A stretch of 64,000 nucleotides of DNA from Lepidodermella squamata (taxonomy: Eukaryota; Animalia; Gastrotricha): contig JBLDXI010000002.1 of assembly GCA_047495785.1 (NCBI GenBank), positions 1,054,001-1,118,000 of the forward strand, given 5' to 3'. A program made the position numbers and the translations under genes. The notes beneath the pieces are model-generated. The model saw nothing but the letters and a program-made list of their open reading frames with translations. It made no database searches and was not told the DNA's origin. Positions 12,799 through 22,981 of this stretch are shown piece by piece (the first letter of the stretch is position 1; every line of letters starts with the position of its first letter).

Positions 12799-15094
12799 TT
12801 AATAATCTCCTTCTTCGGGATCAGCTCGTGGCTTAGAAGACTTCTTAGCAGGTTTTGATTTCATCACGGGCTCTTCCTCAGGCTGCTGAACCATTTCCAT
12901 CAGCTTCCGGCTAACTGTAGCTCGCGACACTGGCTTGAAGGATTGGTCATTCATTTTGAAAATCTTCTCGCGAGCCAGCGTGAATTTGGAGATGACGGAT
13001 TCGAGCTCGAGACGTCGAGCAATGCTTGCCTCATCCTCCATGAATAGACGGTCCCTTTCATCCGCGTCACACAGTTTGAGGAGGCGGGGCTTCAACGTGT
13101 CACAAACTGCTTCGATCATGTGCCGGGTTACAGATTTCACCATAGCTGAGACCATGGGATCACGAACTCGATCCATATACCGAACAGCAAGATTGCCTGG
13201 ATTGGAAATTTCGTAAGGTTGTTGGAAAATGTTTTCAAAAAAACTTACGGTATGATGCGACCATCGCTGGGGTAATACGGCTAATGCTGTCCTTCATCAA
13301 AGAATTCTCCTCGAAATCATCGCCAGCATCTTGAACAGTTTCGACCTCGTTTTCACTACTAGAGTCGTCAATATCACTTTTATCCTGGTCCTTGTCATCG
13401 CCTGCTTCACCAGCGACGGGTCGGGGTTTTGTCAACGCTGCAGGTCGTGCTGGCTTTAAAAATGGATCTAGAGCTCGGCTTGCAGATGGGGATATATCTG
13501 CTTTGTTATCGATGACATCGTCTTCCTTGCGCAATTCGTCAAGATTGATGTGCGCCTGTTGCACCTCTGCCAGTTCTTTCGTGGCCTTCAAAGCCTTGGC
13601 CTGCTCCTCGTCCAAAATATCCCGAGTCATTTTCATAATCTCGCCAGACAGAACCGGCAGACGGTGCATGTTTTGCTCCAGTTCCTCGTGAAGATCGATG
13701 CATTGGCTAACTTCGTTCAGCATAGACTGGTGAACAGCCCGAACACACTCACGGCCGACTAATACGAAATTTTCCAGCATGAGTTGGACAATCCGTTTGC
13801 AGGCTTCGTCATTGAACGTTGCTTCGCCTACAACACCACTAGCGTTGGCGATGATTGTTTGAATCTGTTCTTCAGTCAACTCGAGGGCAAGTTGTCGAAT
13901 CCTGGCTGGGAGGGCGAAATTGAAGAGCTCACGAATCGCCGTTGAAGCAGTGAATCTCTTCGCGACTTTCACTTGATTACCGCTAGTTCGAGCTGTTTTG
14001 CCTGTAATGGCGTATTGGTACGCCTCAGCGTAATCAAGGGTCACATCTACAGCTGAGTGAAGGTAGTCTGCAACATCACGAGTTTCGCCCAACTCTTCTC
14101 GCTCCTCTCGGTAGGAAGACAGGCGTATATTTATTTCTTGGATGGTTTTCGGGGTTGCCTTAGCGATTTCCGTGCGCAGAATCTTCACCAGAGTTTCAGC
14201 AAGGACCTTAGATCCGTGTTTCTTGGCCAAAGCTGGGTTGTGACCAAGAGCTTTTTTCAGCTTAGTTTCCTCAGCAGACCTTGCTTTGTCGAGTGGTACT
14301 GCTTCGTCCAAGTCTTCCTGCGATCGATTGATCACCCCGACAATGCCACGTTTCGCAACCAAATTCTTCTCCTGCAGCATCTTTTCCAGAGTTTTCGGGT
14401 CGACCTTATCCAGGTGAGTCAGAACCATGAGAGTCCTTTCGCCGGTGGGGTCGACACTTCGAGCGATTTGAATGGCTTTATTGGCCTTGTAGTCATCATG
14501 GGCCGCATGGACTAGCACGAGTATCGTCTCCGGGCTGCTGATATACTTCTTCCACATCTTTTCGACGAAGCTCGACACATCGCGATGAGAAGCGTCGTCG
14601 AAAATCAGACCGGGCAGATCGACGAAGGCTAGCGGCACTGTGTTTCTGATGTGAAGCTCCATTGAGATTGGATTATCGGACAAGCCTCCCTTCGTTGCTG
14701 GCGCTAATTGGGCTGATATTTCCATGAGCCTTTCAGCAGTTTCAACTGCTGGAACTTGCTCGGCCTGTTTAGAGGCGACCCCTCGCTTATCGACCACTGA
14801 ATACTCGATTTTCGCCCAGTCTTGATCGCTGAATGGGCCTTTTTGCTTGCCGCGTTCGAAGATTTTGATTTCCAACGGACTTTTCGTAGAGGTTTCTCTT
14901 CCCTTGGGCAGAATTTCGAGGCCGATGAGAGTTTCGACGGTTGAAGATTTGCCATGGCTCTGCAGACCAATGAAGACGAGTCGAGGTGTTTTGATGGCCT
15001 TGAAATCCTTCTGGAAATGGTCGTCGCCCAGCTCGTCCAATATGGCTTGGGCTTCTGTGAAGGCACTCAAACTTGCGCTACTAAGTTGAAGCAT
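12799..15094 (-). CDS. Dynamin-superfamily GTPase (DRP/Mx/Vps1-type, no PH domain), copy A, 747 aa
   Basis: Exons 15094-13249 and 13196-12799 (52-bp GT-AG intron); G1 GLQSHGKSS, G2 LPKG..T, G3 DLPG, G4 THLD, INRS; middle domain; GED-like SYRNLAVRYMD. Confidence 0.92.
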
Positions 15095-15164
15095 TGTGGT
15101 GAATTATGTTGATATTTCGGCAGACTGAGAACGTCGATGTTAAGCGAGGGTACATAGAACGGCC

Positions 15165-15171
15165 TTATATA
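15165..15171 (-). promoter_or_regulatory. TATA box of dynamin A (same motif near 26519-26525 for the second locus)
   Basis: Minus-strand TATATAA about 70 bp upstream of ATG 15094. Confidence 0.55.
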
Positions 15172-15855
15172 GGCGCATCCTTATCCGAAATCGTGGTGGT
15201 GAAACATCTTACAAAAGGACGTTAATCGCCGTATAGCCTTGACGTTGTGCTCACCTTGATATTGTCATCATACGCAAAAACACGTAATAATGAGCAGCTT
15301 TTATGAAAACTTACTATGGTCACTATAAATATATCTAATATAATTCGTCATTAGTCATATTATATTATTAATCATATGCACGTTTTTTAGCCTCTTCATT
15401 CTTTGTTGTAAATTCCCCCAGGCCTTGTGAAAAAAGAGCAGCTAGAAGATCGGCGTCTTCTATGGAGAATAAAAATAAAGCGGAAAATTCAATGAAAACT
15501 GGCTCTCACAATATAATGAATCTTCGACAAAATTATTCCTGTTCTTCCTCAAAGTCACCTCCAATATATCATAGAGCTTAAAATCATAAATCTCAAATGC
15601 CTCGTTCATAGAATTAGTAAGCCTTGGGCGAAAAAGGCGAATGGTAAGGTTCATAAGTCCTTCAAAAGTCAAAATGAAGCTGTGGTATTAATGAAAAAGC
15701 AAGAAAAACATTTTTGGTAAGGTTTCCTTGAGGTGGTCATCAAATTCCCGAGCTTCGTCGCTTCGTTCCGGAAGTGGCCGAAAGTGCAAATCAATTGAGC
15801 CCTGTCTCCAATTATTGTCCTTTGATTCAAACTTAGCGTATTGTTCGCAAGAGCT

Positions 15856-16526
15856 CGTTCACGTCGCGGAAGAACTCGCACTTCTGAAAAAGTCCGACAG
15901 TATGCTGTACCGAGTTGTACTGCAATATCTACCGTATAAAAAGCACGGTTTTGCCGACCGTACTCCTAATACGGCGGGCTAGCCGTATGATCTGGTACAG
16001 CGGAATATAACTGTAGTCTAAGTACTGTCGATAGCAGCTGTATATGAATGTACAGTATCCAGCCGTAGTTGATAGTACGGCTTGCAGTATTTGAAAGTAC
16101 AGCTTATTACTGTATATAGGGTACTGTCTGACTCATAGACAATAATACAATCGTATCAGATAATTCAAAAACAAATCCCGCTGAAGTCGCGTCCATTCAC
16201 CATCATCTATCAAACGAGCTCAAGCTCGAAATTTTTAAACATAATTTCGATTTTAGACGGGCGAATCGGAATTAGTTTCGAGTCATCTAAAACACTAGAA
16301 TAATCTCGACACTCTCTGCGCCAATTTCTATAATATTTATTATGAAAACAAACTCGAAGGACGTCGCTTTGGTCTTCAAAATACATTTGGATCAAACCTC
16401 AGATTCGAAGTAAATTTTGCGTCGAAAATAACGCGACATACGTTATCTTCAACTGCATTTATTTCCTTAACAATCACAGGGTTGTGATCGAAGGAAAAGT
16501 GCAAACGCAACGATGAACGACCCGAT
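15856..16526. mobile_element. 671-bp unclassified insertion
   Basis: Absent from the other units; flanked by AAGAGCT at 15849-15855 and 16527-16533; dense TACAG/CTGTA/TACGG motifs; adjacent ~0.6-kb deletion. Confidence 0.6.
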
Positions 16527-16537
16527 AAGAGCTAAAT

Positions 16538-16868
16538 TCTCAGCCAGGTACATCGTAATCAGCTCACTGCCGCTGTCAACGGCGTACATCAAGGCAGTGT
16601 TGCCGTCTTTATCGGCCACGTTAATGTCGGCGCCAGCTTCGATCAACTTGATGGCTATCTCGATGTTGTTCGACGCAACGGCGGCGATTAGGGGAGTAAA
16701 ACCAGTTGCGGCGTCTTTCTGGTTTAGATCAACTTTTTAATTGATGAAATTCACAACAGCTTCCACATCACCTTCTTTCGCCGCTTGAATGATTGATTTC
16801 TAGGGGGAAAATTGTAATAAACTTTATCAATTATTAAGTTTGTAACCTGTGAACAGCTCATCACCAGG
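16538..16868 (-). pseudogene. Internal fragment of ankyrin gene (unit 2)
   Basis: Matches about 27838-28168; premature stop near 16738; ends at the TIR. Confidence 0.88.
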
Positions 16869-18450
16869 GGACCACTTTCGCGCGGTCCAAGGTTAATGCA
16901 AAAGCATAATATACATATTTTCCACCTGTCATTATGGTTGCTTATTTTGAGATAAAAGTTTTGGCGATGTTGAATATCATGGAAACCAGTCTTAACCATG
17001 GACCGCAGCTAAAAAACGCATATTGGACCGCAATTTTCACAAAAATGCCATTTTTATGAAATTTGCGGTCCATTCACGTGCGGTCCATCAATTCCGGGCT
17101 ATCATCGTTAATAAACAACTCGAACCGTTGCCAAAAAGAGTCTTGTGCTTAGCACGAGCTCTCTGATGACGTGTCAAGAATACCGTATGACGTAACAGCG
17201 GTGTTTATCTGGAAAACACATTCGTCGCACGTGGAAACTCGCTTTCGCGTGTTTGATGCGAATGTTGATGCGAATGTTCGGTCGTCAACTTTTCATTCAG
17301 TTTAATTTGTTTTCATGAATTTCAACGAAAAATTGATAACTCAAGTTCTCGAGGGTCGTCTCATACCCCGGGGGCAGGGCTGGAGGCGCGTCAACAGCAT
17401 CTTCGGTCAGGCCATAACTCGAAGTTATGGAATGGATGCCAACACGGAGCGCGCTCAGCATGACCTGTATAACTGGGCCAACGCCAATGCTGCCCACTTG
17501 ATAGAGCAGCCTTTGTCAACGACTCCGAGTTCCACTGGCTCTGGCAAGCGAAGGCGACGTCGCAAGAAGAGCAAGAAGGCCCAGAGCAGCCTGACTTTCT
17601 TCCTGTTGAAGACGGAATTGGATCGCTTCGGACCACGCATGCGGGTAGCATATTTAACGTAGTAATTATTGTGCATATTTAAAACGATATCTCTAGGGGC
17701 AAGCTAGGAAACGCCTGAAGCTTGACCCTGGTTGGGTTAAGGTGGTACGTGATGCATTCCACACGGTGGATCACCGATGCAATTGGGCGAAAGTCTCACA
17801 TCAAATCAACACCACAGGAACCTTGTCCATCACCACGAACTGTCCATTCGACAACTGTCGCAAGTTTTCACTGACGTGAGTAATTCGACTTTTCAAGCTA
17901 CTAATTGTTTAGTAAAAATTGTTTCTCATAGGTGCGAGATGGCAAAGGTTGACAACCAAGGTCGACTACAATTCGGGGTCAATTGGACTGGGGAGGTTAA
18001 TCACCCTGAAGGAGTTTCGACATGCAGTCAAATTCGCGGTCAAGAGCGCGAAGAAATGGCGAGTCGATTGAGAATCCTATGTCGCAGTGACGGAACCAGT
18101 ATTGGTGTTCCAGTCCTCGAGCTGGTCTCCGCCGATCAACACACCTCTTCCATTACATCATGGCTGTTGTCGTGGAAGACGGCGCTGATGAATCGCTCTC
18201 AGACAGCCAGATTGCCTCGAGCTCAAGTTACCGACGCTTGTTTTGCAGAGTTACAGGCCGGTTCGATGGCTTTCAACCGCCTTGGTTTGCATCGCTACCT
18301 CTGCGCCGTTTACAAATTCATTGTCAATGACAAGATCTTCATACCGCCAGGCTACACGATGCTGTTTATATGTTTTTCACACTTGATGAAGGATTACGGC
18401 ATCGCGTTGAAGAAGGCAATCCATGGCATGAAAAAAGACGACAAAGAGCT

Positions 18451-19890
18451 TTAAATGATCGCCACGCTGTTCACGCGCGTCATAGGACAAACGCGGCTGA
18501 TAATCACGATCGCGCGACGGAGTACGGCGCATGCCGCGCTGATGATAGGGCGAGTGACTAGAACGGTAGTCATCGCGAGAACGACACTGATCGGCATAAT
18601 GACCAGGGCGGTGGCATTTATCGCAAACCGGGGTGCGAGGACGGCGATCGTCCCGCTGTTGTAGCAAATCGCGCATCTTGGAACGGCACTCGGCCTCGAC
18701 ATGGCCGGGCTTCGAGCAATAATAGCAGGACGGGCGCGAACTACCACGCGAGCGCGACCGGGGCCGGCGGCACATACAGAGGCGTACCTAACGAAGTCGC
18801 CGTCACGTGGGTGACCGGCGGCGGCGCGGCGCCAGGCAGGCCAATGGGAAAACCGGCATGGTTAAGGCCGAATGACGGCTGAGCATAAGGCTGGGGATAC
18901 GAGGGAGTGTAAGAGACATGGCCGAATCCGGCTGGAAGCAGGGCCTGGGCGCCGGCAGGGCCGACGCGGATCGAGGTATCCGCGACCTCGGCGAGGCGCA
19001 ATAACTCCTCGCACGTTTGAGGTACGCCAAGCATAGCCATACGCCCACGAATAGCAGGCAAAATGCCGAAATAGACCCGATTAACAAGGTCCTTGCTAGT
19101 GTTTTCGGGTTCGCCACGCCCGGAATCAATCCACAAACGGCGAATAACGTCATAATACTGGCGAACGGTCTCGCCAGGGTATTGAGGGCGAGAATAAAAC
19201 TGCATTGAGGCTAACACGGTGTCCGGCGCAAGGCCAGACGCGGCGAGAAGCGCCTTCCCAGACCAAAACCAAAACCAGAATAGTCAATAGTCGCCCACAC
19301 ACGCTCAAGTTTGTTCGACAGAAACAAGGGCAGCATGTGGAGGACATGTTGTAACGGGTGTAAGTGATTATCAGTGTCGCAAATGTAAGGCGCGACTTTA
19401 GCAAAACGACCCCAGGACGAAACGAACTCGTCGTAGGAATCGCCAGAAATCTGGCCGACACGCACGAGCGCCAGCTCGATGGGCATGGCGAAGGCGGCGG
19501 CCGCAGTAGTAGGCGCCGGCGGCGCGGGACGGCCAGGCGCAGCGCTCGTGGCCACGCCAAAACCGGGAACACCACCAGACAGAGCAGACCCAGCAGGGCC
19601 GGAGGAGCCGGATGCCATTAGACCGTAAAAAACGAGAAAATGAGTGTGATGTGGCGGTAAAAGCAACGAAAAACCACTTCTGACACCAAAATTAGTGTAA
19701 TATCCGGCACGGTACGGATACCACACGGGTTCGATATAAAGAGTAAATAACAGTCAGGCAGAAATGATCCAAAACTCCTCATTTTATTGTTATTGTGTTT
19801 CAGTATTTATACTGCGGCACGCAGGCCGCTTATTGGTTGGTATGCGGACCAATCGCGCTCGACTTGCGTGTCGCGCGTCCGCATAGCACA
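18451..19890 (-). mobile_element. Ty3/Gypsy LTR retrotransposon remnant (5' LTR, PBS, frameshifted gag; no pol)
   Basis: 195-bp LTR 19696-19890 (TGTG...TACA, with TATAAA and AATAAA); PBS TGGTGTCAGAAGTGG at 19674-19688 (tRNA-Leu-like); capsid-like QYPGETVRQYY; knuckles CYYCSKPGHVEAEC and CDKCHRPGHYADQC. Confidence 0.88.
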
Positions 19891-20018
19891 GAGCCTTCGC
19901 CATCTTGGTGTTCTTCAAAGCCCGCGAATTTTCTCCGATGCTGTGATTATTTTCCGTCTGATCATCCGTGTCCGCTGCAGCCTCCGTCTGAACAAAGTTG
20001 CCGTCGAAGCGAAGAAAG

Positions 20019-20801
20019 CTTGGGACTAATACTGTATGGACTCGACACTGCTAGCATCTCTCCATTAAAATCCTGCTGGACGCAAAAAATCGTCCGAAGA
20101 ATCGTGATCGTAAAGTCGTTCAAAAATCGCGAGAAAAAATCGCAAAATGACGTTTTATAAGAACCTTTTTTACGCATGCGCCCATTACGTTGGGAAGAAT
20201 CGGAGTCTCGTCCTGTTGGTACCGTATCACACCTTACCTTTATTTAGGATTGCATTTAATTTTACATACCCGAATTCTACATGAGAGGACCTTTGTAACG
20301 GTATAAATCATGACCTACTGGGTGCTGAATTTACTTAGCTAAATTGATGTTTCTAACGGAATGCGTAAAACTTTCTAAAAATAGAACCGAATTATTTGCG
20401 CTGATTTATTCAGAAAAAAATACGAGAGAATATTTATGACTCATTGAATAATTTTTTGCCATTTTTATATCCTAAAAAATGGCAATTTCTGTGTAAAATT
20501 CAAAGTAAAATCATAGCAAAGTCATAAAATTTTGAACTTGGCACTGTTGCAAAGATCGTGACTTGAGCTATCGATATTCATAAAAATTGAGTCTGTATCT
20601 ATCGGCATGGCTTGCCCATACGGTACTCTCGTGAAACTTGTCCTGCTTTTGGCTTTGTAACGGGCGGATGCGTAAAAATGGTGCCTTTAATGCGTAAAAA
20701 ACACATTTTTTCATGTGATTTTCTCGCATCGAAATTATTGATTTTTTTCCTGTCCAGCAGAAAAGTGGCTAGTGTCGAGTCCATACAGTATTAGTCCCAA
20801 G
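20019..20801. mobile_element. 783-bp non-autonomous TIR element (8-bp TSD; hAT/P-like)
   Basis: 31-bp perfect TIR CTTGGGACTAATACTGTATGGACTCGACACT; TSD GAAGAAAG at 20011-20018 and 20802-20809; empty site in copy 1 near 5707. Confidence 0.93.
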
Positions 20802-22981
20802 GAAGAAAGAGCTGGAATCGCGTTGGGATCGCGTAAATCAAAACAGAGACTTGATTGCGGAGATTTCTGGCATCGTCGAGAAGACTAGTACCGAACCGGA
20901 AGCAACTTCTGAGCAGGAAGCAACTTCTGTCGACGACGACGAAAACACGCCTGTCGAATCGGTTTCCTTACAGTCGCTCGACACCTTTCGGCCGGTTTTT
21001 CCGCAGAGTCCGAAATGAAGAACAGTGCTTGCTGGAACGAGTTGACAATTAATCGGGTTTGAAAGATAACCCTGATTACAACCCAGCTGTTGTCAACGTT
21101 CTCAACAACAACCCTATCTTCATGTCAATGTACTGTTGTTGGGGGGGGGGGGGAGGGGGGGGGGGGGGCAAGCTACATTTTCGCTACACTGCCTGACAAC
21201 GCGACGGGTCGTGTTTCCAATGCGCCGGTCGAAAGTTGGATGCGAGTGTACAAAGCAGATCTCAACATGAAGAAAACTTTCAGCACACCACCTGCCGTCA
21301 TCCGACGCGTTAAGCCGGCTATTTTCGGCCGCATTCGTAAAGATTCGATGCCCAGATTCGTATCCAAATTGCAATGGACACGCGGTAAAAACACGTACTG
21401 CAAACTTCCGGAGCTGGCAAGATCCCGATGGAAGGATCGGAAGTCCAATCGCAAGCCTCCGAAATATTGTCCAAGGCTATCACCTCGGACCAAATCTCGA
21501 CTTGACGGTGAGAATTCCTCTTCGTTAATTTTTCCCCTTCTTAATGTTGAAATATCACTTCAGAGGCGAAGCGAAACGCTGAGGTGAACCGCAAAACTGC
21601 AACACCTGTCGAGTCCGATTTGGCTAGCATTGATGCCATTTCCCCCTCCGCTCAGCTGAGAAATCAATCGCCTGATGATGAACTTCCGTTATCTGACCTT
21701 ATCAATAAGCCACGCAGAAGGCAGCAGTCAAAACGAGGTAAAGACATTTCTGTGGCAATATCTTTTCGCTCTGATGAAGGTTTCCTTTTCAAATGTAGTA
21801 GTGCAAAGTTCATCATCGGCAACGCCAACCACCGACTCATCTGTTTCCTTTCAATCGTCCAAACAGAGCAAGAAAAAGCGCCGGAAATCTAAGCCGAAGC
21901 CTCAAAGAGAAAACCGCGCAGAATCGAGAATGGGTTCGGCAACACCAGAACCGAGTTTGCCTGCCGTCATTCCCCTCGGTATGGTTCTTTTCCACCCGGT
22001 CAATCACGAGTGGCAGCTGTCAACAGCCAAGATGTTGGGCGGGCAGGTTACGGTTCAAATCAAGCCTGAGCTAGCAGCGATCTGCATTATGTCGCCGAGA
22101 AGCAGTCCTCCGCTGCGAACTGTTTCCATGCTCGGCGATGGCGCCTGCTTCTTCAGGATGCTGTCTTACTGGGTTTATGGTACTCAGGACCATCATTTGA
22201 TGGTAAGGATTTTAATTTGATTACACTTACTTTGTAATTTGAAATTGTATCTGATAGATAAGGAAGAAAATTTGCAAATTCATTGAGGAGAATGGAGACC
22301 TCTTGCCTACCTGCGCAATACCACAACAACGGGAGCAACTACGTCAAGGCTACGCGTATGCGCTTCAAGTCTACATTCGCCGAATTCGTCGAGATATATG
22401 CTGCAGCGCTATTCCTGAATACCACCATTTACGTATTCGGTAGGGAGCAAGAAAATTCGGTCGAATTCGAGTGGCGCCGGTTTGCTGCACAGGGCGGCAT
22501 GGAGAGCCAGCCAATGAACAACAACGAGCGCGCCATCTACTGCGTCATCAACAATGCGCACTTCGACGTTGTACTCTCAATCCGTAACGTGGACTAGACT
22601 TGGACTAGCAACTAACTATACTAAATGACTCAAAAAACACTTAAAACTAAAAACTAACCGCGGAAACCAATAAAGACAGCCTCTAGGTCGCCCTCGTAAC
22701 ATCGAAATCTCGTTATGCCATGATAATAGCCCGGAATTGATGGACCGCACGTGAATGGACCGCAAATTTCATTAAAATGGCATTTTTGTGAAAATTGCGG
22801 CCCAATATGCGTTTTTTAGCTGCGGTCCATGGTTAAGACTGGTTTCCATGATATTCAACATCGCCAAAAATTTTATCTCAAAATAAGCAACCATAATGAC
22901 AGGTGGAAAATATGTATATTATGCATTAACCTTGGACCGCACGAAAGTGGTCCGCTAACTTCACGCGGGTTTAGGAAGTTT

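Larger units (their letters stand above)
16869..22953 (+). mobile_element. NOF-FB/Mutator-like TIR transposon copy 2 (defective; OTU domain; nested Gypsy and MITE)
   Basis: TIRs 16869-17102 and 22726-22953; retains N-terminal exons from ATG 17315 (LDPGWVKVVRDAF, QIRGQEREEMASRL); same flanks as copy 1; OTU at about 22080-22597. Confidence 0.88.

Noticed and set aside
12646-12858. Recurrent ORF MVKTGFHDIQHRQKFY (also at 4774, 16751, 22829)
   Set aside because: It is the translation of the TIR, and its end changes with the flank; no sign of a real gene
13392-14515. Plus-strand ORFs antisense to dynamin, repeated in each copy
   Set aside because: Shadow ORFs, conserved only because the DNA is recently duplicated
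15460-15881. Short ORFs in the triplicated spacer
   Set aside because: Indels break the frames between copies and there are no recognisable motifs
12543-17102. Dynamin as cargo inside a single transposon
   Set aside because: The TIR termini face the dynamin segment, so it lies between two elements rather than within one; composite mobilisation is untested because no outer TSD is visible
21141-21169. Poly-G tract (shorter at about 6036) as a functional G-quadruplex
   Set aside because: Length differs between copies inside a dead transposase; slippage or sequencing error is more likely
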